Shown: one piece after another, positions 1 through 14,190 of the stretch
Layout: each line of letters begins with the position of its first letter
Numbering within the stretch: the stretch's first letter is position 1
Source: Callorhinchus milii
Lineage: Eukaryota
Assembly: GCF_018977255.1 (NCBI RefSeq)
Contig: NW_024704742.1
Coordinates: 121,770,001 to 121,834,000 of the forward strand
Direction: 5' to 3'
DNA length: 64,000 nt
Notes under the pieces: generated by a model
Told to the model about the DNA's origin: nothing
Database searches by the model: none
Seen by the model: only the letters and a program-made list of their open reading frames with translations
Made by a program: the position numbers and the translations under genes

Positions 1-1354
1 ATAGGTGCTGTGTGAAATGCAGGTAATGCAGTATTATAAATGCCTAAACAATGCATTGCTGGAGATATTTTAAAACACTTTAATGCAGTGAATGAAATAT
101 TGTGCATGCTGTTGTTTACACTATCTTCCTCAGCCACATATGTTCCTAGCTTGCACCTTCTCTGAACCCCTTCCTGACTGCATCTGTCACAAAAGATGGA
201 ATGGATTAGAATTTGTCTGCACCTAGTAACAAATGCAATGAAGTACATTTAAGGACCATTAAATTCAGTTGCTATTCACAAAATAAAAAAACGCGTTATG
301 TTGGGTCTATTTTTTCTGTTAGAGAACGGGAGAAAATAGGCAGAGGGGTGGGGGGGAATTAACACAAAAAAAACCTCAAGTAAATACAGGCAAAATATGA
401 CACTCAAGTATCCACTGGCTTACTATTGCACACATCACATTGTACATATAATTCTGGAATTGCCATTGATATCACAGTTGCTGGAAAAATCAGCAATTTT
501 TTAAAAAAAATGAGATTCAGGTGAAAATTTTTACCTATTGACTTTCACCCTCACGAAAATGAGTATTTATAGCTGGAAATCAAAAGTCAATTTTGATTCT
601 CCTTTAATTGCATTTGATGTTGATTTATGTAAGTACAGTGCACTTATTGGACAGCTTTCCACTGCAAATGTAGCTTTGGTTCACAGAAAATGGGAACTAC
701 AGCACACTGTAATGCATTATTTTGCTGGCAGGATGTGCTGTGGGCAAATGTTGTTTCGGGGGAGCTGGTTTTGTGCTGTGCCTGTACTCAGCACTTATTA
801 TTTTCTCTTTGGAAAGATGCTCATGCCAACATCAGGACATTGCAAAGGAGAGAAAGTACAGGGCTCCTGCCCCTGACTGTTGATTGAACCTTTGCTGTGT
901 ATGATTATATGGTACGATATTAGCAAGACATCCAGAGTTGGAAATATGTTTAAATTTGTCTCTGTTTGTAGTAATTTCCCATCAAAGACAGAAGGTTGTG
1001 GGATTGAACCCCACACCAAGAATTGAGCTCATAATCTAGGCTGACAACCCAGCTGAGTGCTGCATTAAGGTTGCAAGATTGCAAGTGAAGTACAGATGAA
1101 GAAAGCATTTCAGCCTATTGCAAAATAAATCTCTTTCCATCAACCAAGTGAGGGTTCAAACCTACACATGTTGGATGTCAAATGACAACTAGTGCATATT
1201 CTCCAGGGAGGATGTAAGCAGAGTTCCCCTTGGAGCTGAGCTGGCCCATAGAAATGTCCCACAAACACCGATGAAGTGAATGACCAATTTTATTTGGGGG
1301 AATTGTTGGTTCGAACACTTAGGATACTGGGAGAAATTTCATTGTGCCATGAGA

Positions 1355-1713
1355 TAATAATAATCATAATTCTTGCACATTTGATATAGTGCTTTTCAAG
1401 TCTTCTAGACGTCTCAAAGCGCTTCACAGAATATATTGTAAAGTGAATTGACTGTATATGTGTGGGTGAAACGTGGCAGCCAATTGCGCACAGCAGTGTC
1501 CCACAAACAGTCGTGGATTGAGTGATAAAATTTTTTTTTTAAAGGTTTATTACCACAGGAAAAGCGATTCGTCAATTGACTAACAACTGGATTCCTACTT
1601 ACTGCTAGGTAAACAGAGGCGTGTGGAGTAAGGAAACTTGCCCGAGATTTTGCCCTGCCGGGAATTGAACCAAGGTCTCTCGCTTGCGAATTGAGTGGTC
1701 TAACCACTGAGCT
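1355..1713 (-). mobile_element. Deu-domain SINE, long subfamily
   Basis: Same head and tail, plus an internal segment tctgtttacctagcagtaagtaggaa... Confidence 0.85.
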
Positions 1714-2546
1714 CCAAATCATTAATCATTAATATACACTCTAATAGGCAATCATGAACTCAGTAACACCTCCAAGGTCTTCAGCACTACATTGGATTGT
1801 CATCTTAGGCTATATGGGTTCAAAGTTTCCACGTCTTCGACCCACAACCTTCTGACTAAACATTACATGGTTTACGCCGAGTGAATAATACGTTAGCGTA
1901 AAAATACTATGGAGGAGGGAAGGGAACAAAGCTGATATTAAGCAGATATTTAAATGGGTAAAGGTGATTGATAAAGTAGGGAAAGTCTTTGTAAAACCAG
2001 GAAGTAATTGTAAAATATTAGAGTCTTAAGAAGTAGGTTCGGAACATTGAATCCCAAACCAGTTGCCAACAAGTGCAGTTGCAGTGAGTTATTGATTTGG
2101 TTATAAAGCAGATGATCATAAATGGAAAACAATTAGTGCAGTTCCGCAGGGGTCTGTTCAAGGTTCCTGTAATTCACAATACAATCAAACCTGTCTCCAA
2201 CAGCCACTCAGTACTGGGCCAAAGTGGCCTTTATATCCAGGGATATTGGACTCCTCAATCTGAGTTAGGTCAATTTTCAGTGAGTAATCCAGTGAATATA
2301 GGTGTCAAGATGAATAAGTTGGTAGTATTCTCGCCTCTGAGTCAGAAGGTTGTGGGTACATTGAGACTTCGAACTCATATAATTTAGGCTGACACTCCAG
2401 TGCAATGCTGGAGGTGTGTTGCATTGTTGGAGGTGCTGCTCTTTGGCTGAGATGTTAAACCGAGGTCCCATCTCATTCAGGAGGATGTTAAAAAATTCCT
2501 ATTTGAAAAAAGTTGGAGATAGTCTTGGCCAACATTCCTCTCTTTA

Positions 2547-2873
2547 AGTCCTGTAGCTCAGTGGTTAGAGCACTCGCTTTGCAAGCGAGAGACCTGAGTT
2601 CAATTCCAGACAGGGCGAAACCTTGGGCAAGTTTCCTTACTCCACACGCCTAACAATAATCCCTTCAAAAAACAAAACAATAATAAATTGGTCATTTTCA
2701 ATCTACGACTGTTTGTGGGACATTGCTGTGCGCAATTGGCTGCCGCGTTCGCCCACAAATATACAGTCAATTCACTTTACAGTGTGTTCTGTGAAGCGCT
2801 TTGGGACGTCCTCCCGACGTGAAAAGCGCTATATCAAATGCAAGGATTATTATTATTATTATTATTATTATTA
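2547..2873 (+). mobile_element. Young tRNA-derived Deu-domain SINE, short subfamily
   Basis: tRNA-Ala-like head with A/B boxes, Deu-like core (gtttgtgggacattgctgtgcgcaattggctgccgcgtt), L2-like tail and (TAT)n. Confidence 0.9.
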
Positions 2874-4467
2874 AAGTAAGTCCTGTTAAATGCTTTGCAA
2901 CATGCTTACAGCATGGAATACAAGGATTCTTTTTATTATTATACCAAATGCAAGGATTCTTTTTATTATGACTATTATTGATTTTAATTCTTCTAGAAAG
3001 GCAATGTTCCCTGCTTGTAAGTAACAAGGAGGCCCTCATTTTTCATCGCTTTAGAGCATTTGACTGGTGACTTATCAGTTGAATATATTGCAGTCTAATA
3101 TGTGGCGATTCATAATATTAGCTGCTGGTAATCAAAACGGTATCACACTGACCCACGGAAACTATTTCTGGAAAGCTATTCCTTTGGTCAGCATAAGGTA
3201 CTCATGCTTGTTGGAAACGGTCAGTTAACACAATACACTTCTGGTTACTAGAAGGAGTCGGTCAATGTGTTGCATTGTTATCAACTATTATTATCAACTG
3301 TGAATCTCCAAAAAATTAGGCTCAATTAACCTTTAGCCCAGAAACGTTCCGTCTTTTTTCCTAATTTTACAATTTTTATTTGTGCCCCCGGAATTCAGAT
3401 CCTTCTCTGTTGTGAACAGTTTATCTATATTTAGCTTGTCAAAGTTGAGATGATCAAATGCTGAGAACAATGGAAATGTCAAGCCAAGGGAGGCATAGGT
3501 AACTAATGAATATTTTGCTTGTTTGAGGACTGGGAGAAATTCTGCAGCATCTTTCCTCAGGAGATTAAATGAATTAAATGGACCCCTGAGGATCATTATA
3601 AATTTTATGTCTGACTTAAAAAGTACCCTGGAATATGTTTCCTGCGTTTTGTTCGGCTACTTATCTTAATTAAATGATTGTGGAATGATGGACGTCATTG
3701 TCCTATTGAAATATTGAACGGATTGCTAAATTGACCCCATTCTATCCCTGTAACTGTTTGAGTGAATTGTTTCAGAGTGACGTGTTCCTTGGCAGGATAT
3801 TAATTTTTCTCTAGGCAGCAGTTGATTTTGTTTTATCACTTCAAAAATCATTGGAAATTTCATTGTGTAAGAAATGATAGACAGGGGACCTCAACTATTG
3901 AGTCAATGAAAATTGTGAGCAGCAAAATGCTGTTGAGTTATTAAAGCATACTTTTCACCGTATAATGATTATTTGTATGTCATATTAGAATAAAAAGTCT
4001 GGTGCATCTTTATGGGAAAATAATTAGATTACTTCACTATCATATTTTAGATCGGAACTAGTAGATGTTTTGGTAAGCGGATGGACAAGAGAAACATGGT
4101 AATGCTATAGTTGTTGCTTTTATACATTAGCAAGTAAGAGCACAATAATAGTTTTAAGCTGTCTGAGCCATTATTAGCAATAATCCTTACATTTGATATA
4201 ATGCATTTCACATTGGGAGGGCGTCTCAAGGTGCTTCACCTGTAAAGAATAGTGACTGTACTTTGTTAGTCAAATGCAGCTGCCAGTTTGTGCACAGCAA
4301 TGTCCCACAAACTCCATAAAGTGAATGACCAGTTTTATGGGGGTCTATTGGCAAGGACACTGGGAGAAACTCCCTTTTCTTTTTGAATAGTGCCAATGGG
4401 ATCTATGATGCCAATCTGAATAGGCAGATGGGTTCTCAGTTTAACGTCTAATCCAAAGGTTGGCTTC

Positions 4468-4780
4468 TAATAATAATAATCCTTGCATTTGATATAGCGC
4501 TTTTCACGTCGGGAGGACGTCCCAAAGCGCTTCACAGAACACACTGTAAAGTGAATTGACTGTATATTTGTGGGCGAACGCGGCAGCCAATTGCGCACAG
4601 CAATGTCCCACAAACAGTCGTGGATTGAAAATGACCAATTTATTATTGTTTTTGGTTTTGGAGGGATTATTATTAGGCGTGTGGAGTAAGGAAACTTGCC
4701 CAAGGTTTCGCCCTGCCTGGAATTGAACTCAGGTCTCTAGCTTGCAAAGCGAGTGCTCAACCACTGAGCTACAGGACTCC
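4468..4780 (-). mobile_element. Young Deu-domain SINE, short subfamily, nested in an older SINE
   Basis: Near-identical reverse complement of 2547-2873. Confidence 0.9.
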
Positions 4781-4879
4781 ACCCACTGAGCTACAGGACT
4801 CTCTGACAATGCAGCACTCCCTCAACACTGCATTGGAATGTCAGCCTTCTTCGTTTTATCTTGTGTTCCCTTTACACTG

Positions 4880-5130
4880 AGTCGAGAAAATAAACAAGGA
4901 TAAATATTTTCAGATATGCAAGGGTGTCCGAACAAGAGGGCACAAGTTGAAAATTGTGAAGGGTAATTTTAGGACAGATTCCAGGAAATATTTCTTTCCC
5001 CAGAAGGTGGTCAACACAGGAATGAGTTACCGAAATAAAATGGTAGAGACCACAAATTCATTTAAAAAAAGGCTCACTCACCTTATCCTTTTCTAGTGCT
5101 GCTTCCACAAGAAAACCGAATGGGCCGAAT
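4880..5130 (+). mobile_element. Degraded CR1 3' fragment (similar relics near 8810-9070, 30915-31035, 39420-39690, 41460-41620, 52540-52800, 57640-57900, 58880-59240)
   Basis: TRGHKLKIVKGNFRTDSRKYFFPQKVV-like reading and a gggccgaat tail remnant. Confidence 0.7.
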
Positions 5131-6639
5131 TAATGCTGAGACGAGAAAGACATTCTATGAGAATAACCTGTGGGACTAAATTTGTATAAATTTTATAGAA
5201 GTGCAAACTTGTGATTTTATAAAATTGTACTCAAAGCTGAGTTTTGCATCACAACTGCTGTGCATCACTGAATAGTTAAAAAGATGCTGTTTTTGCTACA
5301 TTGCAGCAGTGAGTCATACACGAGCGTTCAGTGCTGAGTGATATAGAAATATATATTTAACGTAGTGATCAGAAGTCTTCTCTGCCGAGCTCTGACATAT
5401 TTGCATTTCGACCCATGATCCCTGGAGAGTTAGTTTATCAGCAATTCGGCCAGTTTTATATTCAAAGAGTCTTAAAAAGAATTAGTTTGCCAGTTTCACG
5501 AGTGGGAAAAATTCCTAAGCTATTCTGTCTTTGGTGGAAAAAATCTTTGATTCAGAATCTAAATCAGAAGGTCACTTCAAGGAAGTTTTTGCCTGATATT
5601 TTGACAAAAAAATTCGCTTTTTTTTGTTGTTGTAAAGTAGTTTTCTGTTTGAGTAAAATTTTTCTTTTGAAACATTTATTTACAGCAAAGATCTTAGTGG
5701 ACTTTAAATTGTGACTATCAAACCTTGGAAATAAGCAGACGGCTCGAGAAAAAGCAACCGCAGAATCACTGAGAATAACAGCATGAACAAAAGTAACTGC
5801 AATGTAGCTGGCAACAGTGAGAGCGTAAGTGGGACATACATGTTTTCTAGTTCTGTACAGTCAGAATCTTTTGAATTGTGTAAATTGGTTTCAGTGAAAC
5901 ATTGACCGAAGAAACTGTTTCTGCATGTACAGTATAAATGATTCAGTGAAACAATCATGCAAGATTATTTTAATGTCTGAAAAATGAATGTTCCGCCCCT
6001 AACTTCTGAATCTTTTTGACTGTGCCTGTGGTCATCTCTGCCTCCCCTTTCTTGTTCTTTGTTCAGCGTCCAATCCAGCAAATGTGAGATGTTCTGAGAA
6101 GTCATCTACATAAAGGACATGATATAAATGCTATTTGTTGTTGTTATTGTTAATGATGTTTTGACAATACAGATTGGGTGTTCATGAATATCGACTTAAT
6201 CACAAGTGCATAATTAATAACCCTGTTTATGATTAAAGCAGCTGCTTTTGTTTGGTGATTAGAATGATCTTTTTGTGATCATTTTGCCCATAAAGTACAC
6301 AGTCAAAATACGCTTTACAGTATATCCTGTAAAGCCCTTTGAGATGTCTCGACAACGTGATAAAGTGCTATACCAAATCCAAGGATTATTATTATTATAA
6401 TTATTTATTATTGGGTTTTGAATTTGCAAGAGCTGTAGGACGAAAACTTGTGGTGTTTTGTATCCACTCCTTGTATTAACTTGCACAAGGAATGGATATT
6501 CAGAAATGTCGCTAATGTGTTCCTATTGAAGGAGAACCCTGTTATTACACTCTTCAATATAGCACTGCCTCACATATACCATGGGTCTACTGTGGACTTA
6601 TGCTACCTGGAAGTGCAGTACATGCATCTTCTGGCACTG

Positions 6640-6984
6640 ACTAGACATTTTTCTGATGCTAACATCACTCTCAGCTGGGGAGCGAGGCACAGGGAGTGCT
6701 GCCTTTGTGAAGACAGTGAAATCAGCGGTGCTTCATGGGCGTTTCTTGCAGCGCTTGGGTAATGACATCAGCAGTGACCTGAAAGCTGGTTATTTTTTCA
6801 CCCTGGTTTATAATGCAGACTGTGAGATACTGGACTCAGTATAGTGAGGGTTTCCTGTATTTAATTCCTTAATCGGCATGCTTCATTGGCAGTTATTTGC
6901 ACTGAGTATCTGATTCCTGCAGTCTTTTCTTTTGGTCACTGGCAACTGAGAGGAATGGCTGTGGAGATCAGACCCTAGGAGCAG
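6640..6984 (+). promoter_or_regulatory. Candidate promoter and non-coding first exon of the PDE4 long isoform
   Basis: Repeat-free and relatively GC/CpG-richer stretch ending in a consensus donor CAG|gtaagt at 6984/6985. CRE-like TGACATCA at 6763-6770. The 5' boundary is unknown. Confidence 0.4.
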
Positions 6985-9900
6985 GTAAGTGTTGTTCAAG
7001 TTAAAACTGCAATTGGAAATTGGATAGTGAAGGGTATCTACGAAGGCCTCTTACCCCTTATTACAAACAGCGATATGAGACTACTACTATGAGCTGAAAC
7101 GAGGTGCCAGAGATGCAATTCACCTCACCACTCTATCATGTTACGGAAGGTTTCACACCGAACATGGCAATGGATCATTATCTGCCATGAAAATGATGGT
7201 GCTCACACTGATCCTCTGTCCATCTAAGTACAGTTAAACACTTGTAATGAATACAGTTAAGTGTTTCTAAATGCAATATCATCATTCTTCCACAAGTTTC
7301 AGTTGTTGGTCAGTGCTTTGTAGAAAAAAACACCTGGGGCAACAGGACTTTGTGGACACTCTGTAGATAGTGACAATAAAATCCTACATAAAAAGGGCAA
7401 TAAGAATTTTTAAAATCTTTAAAATGGTGGAAAGATTAGTCCTTGCATATATGTAAATACTTTGTCTCCCACTCTGTAAAAGAAAGAAACAAACAAATTA
7501 AATAAATAAAAAGCTATTCAGGGTGTTAAGTCTCATAGCCCCTTCAATCCATTTCTACTCCAAATTGATGTCTAATTCTTGTTTGAATTTGTTGACAGTA
7601 TATTGGCGAACTGATAATAAATGTAACTGGTACTTTATCACAGCACTCGCTGTGAGAAGGTTTAGACCTTGAACCATTTTGTATATAGTTTATTTGTTCA
7701 CTTATAAAAGACACTGAATTTTTAGCAGTGATTTTTGTGATCTATGTTGTGGAGAATAATATGACCTACAGTTCCCAAACAACATGCTTATTCAGTAATT
7801 AGACTGCAGCTTTTATTGGAGGTTGTTTTCGACTTCTCACTTTGTGTTCAAATCCCTAATGCTTCATTGTCTACTGCAGTCGTGATCCTCACAGCGTTCT
7901 GAGCTCAGCCTCAAAATCGATACAGTTGTGCTGATAGTAGTTTATTTCACCCATGTGGAGAGAAGAGCAGCAGTTCATTTCCAATTTCGGCTTGGACTAT
8001 TGTGCCGAGTGGATAGCATATGTGCGTCTGAAATTTGATGGGAGAGGCAAGTCAAAGATGTGATGATTTAATGAACATTCGATTGTTGCAATATCCTTCA
8101 AATTTCAAGTGGAGGGAAAGTGCATCAGAGTCACTGCTTCCCATTCCGTCACCAGAGAAATTGGCAAAGGAAAAGTCCCTTTCAATTAAATAAAAGACAT
8201 TTTGACCTAGATTTCACAGGGAGGTTTAGAACAGCTCAATAATGAGTTAATGCAAAGAGAGGAGATGGAATAAATAATGCCTCGGTGATGCAAAATCCTT
8301 TCAATGATCTCCAGAATGAAATGTAACAGAAATGAAAGGAAGTCAGCCATGCCAATCAACATTTCCGTCAACTCACCACACAAAATATTGTTGAATAATT
8401 TGCATGACAATATCAGAATGTTTTGGTTTGCTTTCATAACTGATATGGGTGTCAGACTAGCTCAGTTGATAGTTGGTGGACATTGCAATGTTGGAGATGC
8501 TGTCCTTCAGATCTGCCAGTTCAGGTGGATACCAATGGTCCAAAATTGGTACTCAGTTCATGGCTGTTTGTGGGATATTGCTGTGCACAGATTGGCTGCT
8601 GCATTCATCATCATCATCCTCAACAACAACAACTTGCATATATATATAGCGCCCCTCATGCAGGATAGCATCCCAAAGCCATTCATCTTCATGATACACA
8701 AACATTACATTTGACACTCTATCCTGTGAAGCGCTTTGAGGCCCTCCCAATGTGTAAGTAGCTCTATCAAATAATTATTATTTAACTTACAATTGTATAC
8801 AGTCTGAGACAAATATAAGATAGAGACTAGGATATCTAAAACACAATTTTGGCGGAACTACTTCACACAGAGGGTAGTGAGATTGCGCAACTCTCTGCTC
8901 GAAGCGGTGGTTGAAGAGATACCATAGATTCATTTAAGATGAAGATGGACTTTCACATCAGGGAGAAGGGAATAGAAACGTATGGAAGGGAGTAAGGAGA
9001 GGGTGGAGTTAAACACTGGTACAGATTGCTTGGGCCAAATGACCTATTTCTGTGATATACTTCTTGATGATTATTATTTATATTTTTTCATCTCCATAGA
9101 AAATTAAAGAAGGTTGATCCTTTTGATTCAGAGCCACTTTTGAATATTAAGTGGCAAAACAAAATTCTACAGCCAGACATGCCTGGAATCAGAGTGAATG
9201 TAGATCCTATATTAATGTTGAGATTGTTCGAGGAACACTGAATTAGCCAGGCAGAAGTTGATAAGTAGGGAAGAATTATTCGTGTCCTGTGGTGAGTTAA
9301 TCAGCCTATAGCCTCAAACCTCTTGACAGCTGCACTCACATTTTTCAATGAATTTCCAGCAGTTATGTATAATTCACTTCTCAACGTCATTTATATCGGT
9401 GCATAAATGTAAAGCCACAAAATGAATTGGATGAACTTTTGATTTACACAAAAATTGTGCAGGTCCCAGATCTTTTTGAATCAGCTTGTCCAAGTGTTGA
9501 GTTTTATAATATAAGAATCCCTGCATTTGAAATAATGTCTTGTTAAGTTGTCAAAATATCTCAAAGCACTTCACAAGATTCACTGTAAAGTGTAGATATA
9601 GTGACTGTGGGCAAGTGCAGCAGTTAACCGGTGCAGAGTGTGTATAATTAATGCTGTATTAATTTATTTATAATTTTAAGAACCGTTTTATATCAGTAGG
9701 ATGTCTCAAAACACCTTGCAGAATTTACTCTAAGGTGTAATGACTGTATTTGTAGATGAACGTGGCTGTCAGTTTGCACACAGCAGTGTCCCACAAATGG
9801 TCATGAAGTGAATGTACAATGCTATCCAGGAGATTGTTGGCCATGACACCGGGAGAAACTTCTTTCTCTTTTCGAATAGTGCAATGGGATCTTTAATGTC

Positions 9901-11569
9901 CATCTGAACACTCAATTTAAGTCTCATCTGAAGGTCGGCTCCACCATCTCCCCCAGCACTATCAGGCTTGTCCCAAGGTCACCTCTAGTGGCCAAGAGGG
10001 CAGCCTGTTGCTAGGCTTCCTCCACTTTTCACTGACTACTGGGAGATGCATGACACCAGAGGCCAAAATTGACTATCCCTCTCCCATTGTGTGATGGGAG
10101 TATATACAGACCAAAGGGTGCTGACAGAGTCCAAGGGTGATCTCTACAGTAACACTGTTGATATCAGCAGCTCCCATCCTAGAGTGTTTTTAAGCAATGC
10201 CATTTGTTCAAAACCAAAACCAAAATCAACACCAGCCTTTGTTTTTACAACTACAATATTACCTGCTTTGACTTAAGCAGCATAGAGACACTGAATACGG
10301 CTCAGTGTTATTCAAATCATTCTATCTCTCGTTTTGCTGTGTCTCATTATCATTCACTGTGTGCATCCAAATACAATGTAGCATCTGGAAGATCCTTCCT
10401 GCTTCCATCAGGGAGCAAATATATTCAGGAGTAGGAGCTGGGGTTTAATTTTGAATTTTTCATGCATGACTGGATGCACGTTTCACAGAGTGACCATTTG
10501 GCTTGTTCTTCTCTTTCACTGCTTGAAATGTCCGCATAGAGTTGTTCTGTTGGTAGCTATGATGTGATTCAGTTGGCAGGCCAGGTGAGGTCTGTGCGTT
10601 CTCAACAGAAGGGAGTTTCTCCCGGTATCCTGGCCAACAATTCCCCAATAAAATTAGTTACTCGCTCCATGGCTCTTTGTGGCACATTGCCGTGCGCAAA
10701 TTAGCTGCCGCATTCGCCCACAAAACACACAATCACTCCACTTTACAATGTATCCTGTGAAGCACTTTCTGACGTGAAAGGGGTTACACCAAATGCAAGT
10801 ATTATTATTATAATATTCTCTCCTGGATGTTTGTGTAGTCACCGATGCTTGGAATTATTTTTTTTAAAAATCACAATTCAGATCAACCATAACTTGAGTG
10901 TGGCTCCTTCCTCTCTGAACAAAGAACATCAACAGGTTAAGATTCTCAGTGTTTTCATGCCCGTCCTTCAGATGGGAATATTGCTATCCACTCACCTCCT
11001 TCTGTGCATCCTTACACTCGCAGAGCTGACATCTACTATCCGGGAGTCTGCTCTGGCTTTGCTTGTGATGTAACAGATGTGTAATTAGTTTCTGCAGTTT
11101 TCACCTAGGGGACCCCTTGCAGAAGTGAAAATCTCTAATCTCAGCTTAAAAAAATGACAGTGCAGCAAGCCTGTCACTTACTGGCTGAATACACAAGGAG
11201 AGGGCTAACATCAGCACTAATAATGGAGACTGCAGCCTGTCCACCTGCCTTTTCCCAGTACATGAAAGCATCCATAGCGGCATCATCCAGATAACTCAAC
11301 GCGAGTTGAAAAATCCCTTATAGCAGATAGTACATTGTAAATACTGGCACAAGGTTATTAAAAAGGGCGTCATTTACTCTGCACTCTCCGTGGTAGAAAA
11401 ATATGTGCAATTTGCTATTTTTGCAGGCTACTTTTTTTACCTTCTCTCCTGAAGATACTAATTCTCACTTGGTACAGGTTCACAAGTACTCAACTCCCAT
11501 GAAACTGTACTTTGCCCTTGTGGCCATTGTTCATAGGCTTTCAGTGTTGCTCTACTGTTTGGTATTGGC

Positions 11570-11790
11570 CAAAATCGGAGCCAAGCTTCATTCCATCGTC
11601 AAACAACACTTTTCCAGCAGGGCAATCTCTGGATAGAATTGAAAAGTGGCAGCGAACCTTGGCAGGTTTTCCCTTCCTCAGCCTAGCTCGGGGACACGGA
11701 AACAAATTGCCCAAGCCCCTGACCTAGCTGTTGTCGGCTAACTCAGCACAGAATGGGTTTAGAACCTACAAATTTGTGGTCGTGTTAGCC
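11570..11790 (-). mobile_element. AmnSINE2-like ancient SINE relic (others near 18068-18230 -, 24190-24510 -, 42600-43290 -, 53500-53660 +, 54250-54350 -, 60290-60600 -)
   Basis: Motifs gctaactcagcacaga, ttccagcaggg..ctggatag and ttcttcatgtgtgag match the reverse complement of the AmnSINE2 consensus as recalled. Confidence 0.6.
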
Positions 11791-13748
11791 TTTGCGACAC
11801 CTCTAAATTTTGGAACTTGTAAAAGATTTAAGAATTGCATTCTATTTGTTTAGTCTTTAACAGGATTCAAAGTATCAGAAAGTCTTTTGCTTGTGCCTCA
11901 TTGATTGCTTAGCTGCCCATTTTTTTTGTGTTATAAAAAAATCTGTATAATCCAGAAAAATCCTTGAAGCCTCGACCTTCGCCTTGAGCATCTTTTACTT
12001 CATGTAATAATGTGTTGGAAAATAACACATCTGAGTTAAGTATTGAATGTCTTTCTGTATGTTACCCACAGCTTCCTATCACAGTACTGTGGCCACAGGA
12101 TTCAAGGTGCATTCACATTTTCAAAATGAGAGTTTGCAGCACTGCTTTGTTTAAGTTTTTGATTTTATTGAGCAATGTCGCATTTTGATGGAGAAGGATA
12201 ATAATTTTGACATTGCCTCATACTATGTGCAATCTACCATATGAGCTTTTCATGAATTGCTTGTTGTTCTTGTAATGCCTTGGGGGAATGCATGCAAAGA
12301 ACTCTCCCATGGAGAATTTCCTGCACCATTTAAACAATCACACATGTCCATTTAGCTAACTATTTTGCTGTTGATAGCAGTGCTGCTGTCAGAGGCATTT
12401 TTCCAAAAACAAACGCAGTCCTTTACAAGCTCCTGGGGCAATTTACCATTGCAGTCTGTGGGTGGTTCAACTATTGCTGTCAGTTGTAGCTCAGCTAAGA
12501 AATCCAGTCCTAAAGGGATAGCACCATAAAATGGTAACAGAGCAGAGAACCAGAGTCTCTCTTTGGTCATTGCTGCTCTATTATCTCAGTCACATTTGCG
12601 GAGCTCTGCTTCTCTTGCTCACTTTGGCTATTTCTTCCGGTAATACTCCAAAGTGAAGACTTACAATAATAAATAATCCTTGCATTTGTTGTACCACCTA
12701 TTACGTTGGAAGGGTGTCGCAAAGCACTTCACAGGATTTATAACAATAATAATGCTTTATTTGATATGGCGCCTCATCACATCTTCGAGATGTCTCAAAG
12801 AGCTTCACAGAATATACTGTAAAGTGAATTGATTGCGTATTTTCTGGGCAAAGAGCGGCAGCCAATTTTGAATAGGGGGATTGTTGGCCAGGACACGAGA
12901 AGAAACTTCCCTCTCTTTTCGAGTAGTGCCACGGAATCTTTAAAGTCCAGCAGAATAAGCAGCCAGACTTCAGTTTAAAATTTCACCTGAAGGACAACCC
13001 CTGTGACAATGCAACGCTCTACCTAGATTATGAGTTCGAAGTCTTAACCCAAAGGTTGTGGGTTCAAGACACACTCTTGAGGACTCAGGCGAGAGCCCTA
13101 CCAATTGAGCCAGGTTGACACCTGGCAATACTAGGTTAGGGAATGATGTGTAATTTTAAGTTAGTGTTTGTAATGCCCTCAAGGAATGAACATTTAGTGT
13201 TCAAAGCACTGTCCCCTCATCTTAAGCTTCCCTTAATAAAGCATCTGATTAGAATTCCCATTCACCTTTGGGAAATTTGCTTTGAGATTGCAGCCCTGTG
13301 ATCAGTGGCGTAAACCCCATTTGATGTGGAGTGCAGCTATTTGTCAGCTGGTGATTGTAACAGAAGAAGTCTGTCCAACATTCTTTGATTTGTACATGTT
13401 AATTATTAAGCTATTTGTTATCTTTCTAGAATGTTTTAAACTGTTCAATTGATTCTTTGAAGCGTTGATTGCCAGTTCTGTTGATTGCTAAGTCAAATCT
13501 GTCTGGCTGTCTCTGTGTAAAATGTCTCTGTCTCGACTAGGATAGTTCATGTCAAATTACACAACAATTCTTTTGTTTAGAGAATAGTACATCAAAGTAA
13601 TTATGCTGGGAGAATGTCAAAGTTGGGGCTGAGAAGAGAAATTCCGACAGCTGGACATTGTAGAATCTAAATAATGTGCAATTCTCTGTAAACAAAATAA
13701 TTAGAAAGAAACTGAATGTGGGGGAAAATGTAAAGCATACAAGGACAT

Positions 13749-14190
13749 AGCCTGGCTCAGTTGGTAATATGCTCGCCTCTGAGTCAGAAGGTTGTGGGTA
13801 AAAGCCCCACATCGGGACTTGGAATTCACAGTCTAAGCTGATACTCCAGTGCTGAGCTGGGGTTGTGCTGCATAGCTGGGGGAAGCCGTCCTTCAGATGA
13901 GACATCAAACTGAGGTCCTGTTTGCCTACTCAGGTGGACGTTAAAGAAATCATGGCCTTACCTGAATAGAGAAGGGAGTTTCCTCTGGTGACCCGGCCAA
14001 CCTTCCTCCAAAGAAAATGGTCACTCCCTTCATGGCTGTTTGTGGGACATTGCTGTGTGCAAATTGGATGCCACGTTGGCCTAAATATCGGCCTAAATAT
14101 ACATAGCCATTACACTCCTACCTGTATGAAACCTGTGATGTCGTTTGAAATGTCCTGACTTGAAAGGCACTATTCCAAAAACATGGATTC
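13749..14190 (+). mobile_element. Older SacSINE1-like DeuSINE (other copies near 2310-2545 +, 4179-4846 -, 9690-9960 -, 12752-13121 -, 20140-20690 +, 21545-21925 +, 51735-52085 -, 59497-59965, 61316-61612 -)
   Basis: Head ggctcagttggta..ctcgcctctgagtcagaaggttgtgggt, body ...caggtggacgttaaaga...gggagtt, Deu core and L2-like tail. Confidence 0.8.

Noticed and set aside
538..876. 112-aa ORF and other short ORFs in AT-rich unique sequence
   Set aside because: Non-ATG or weak starts, no homology recognised, lengths compatible with chance.
2623..2874. Recurrent ORF MGKFPYSTRL...KCKDYYY in several places
   Set aside because: Chance translation of the SINE consensus, starting at TTG; not a gene family.
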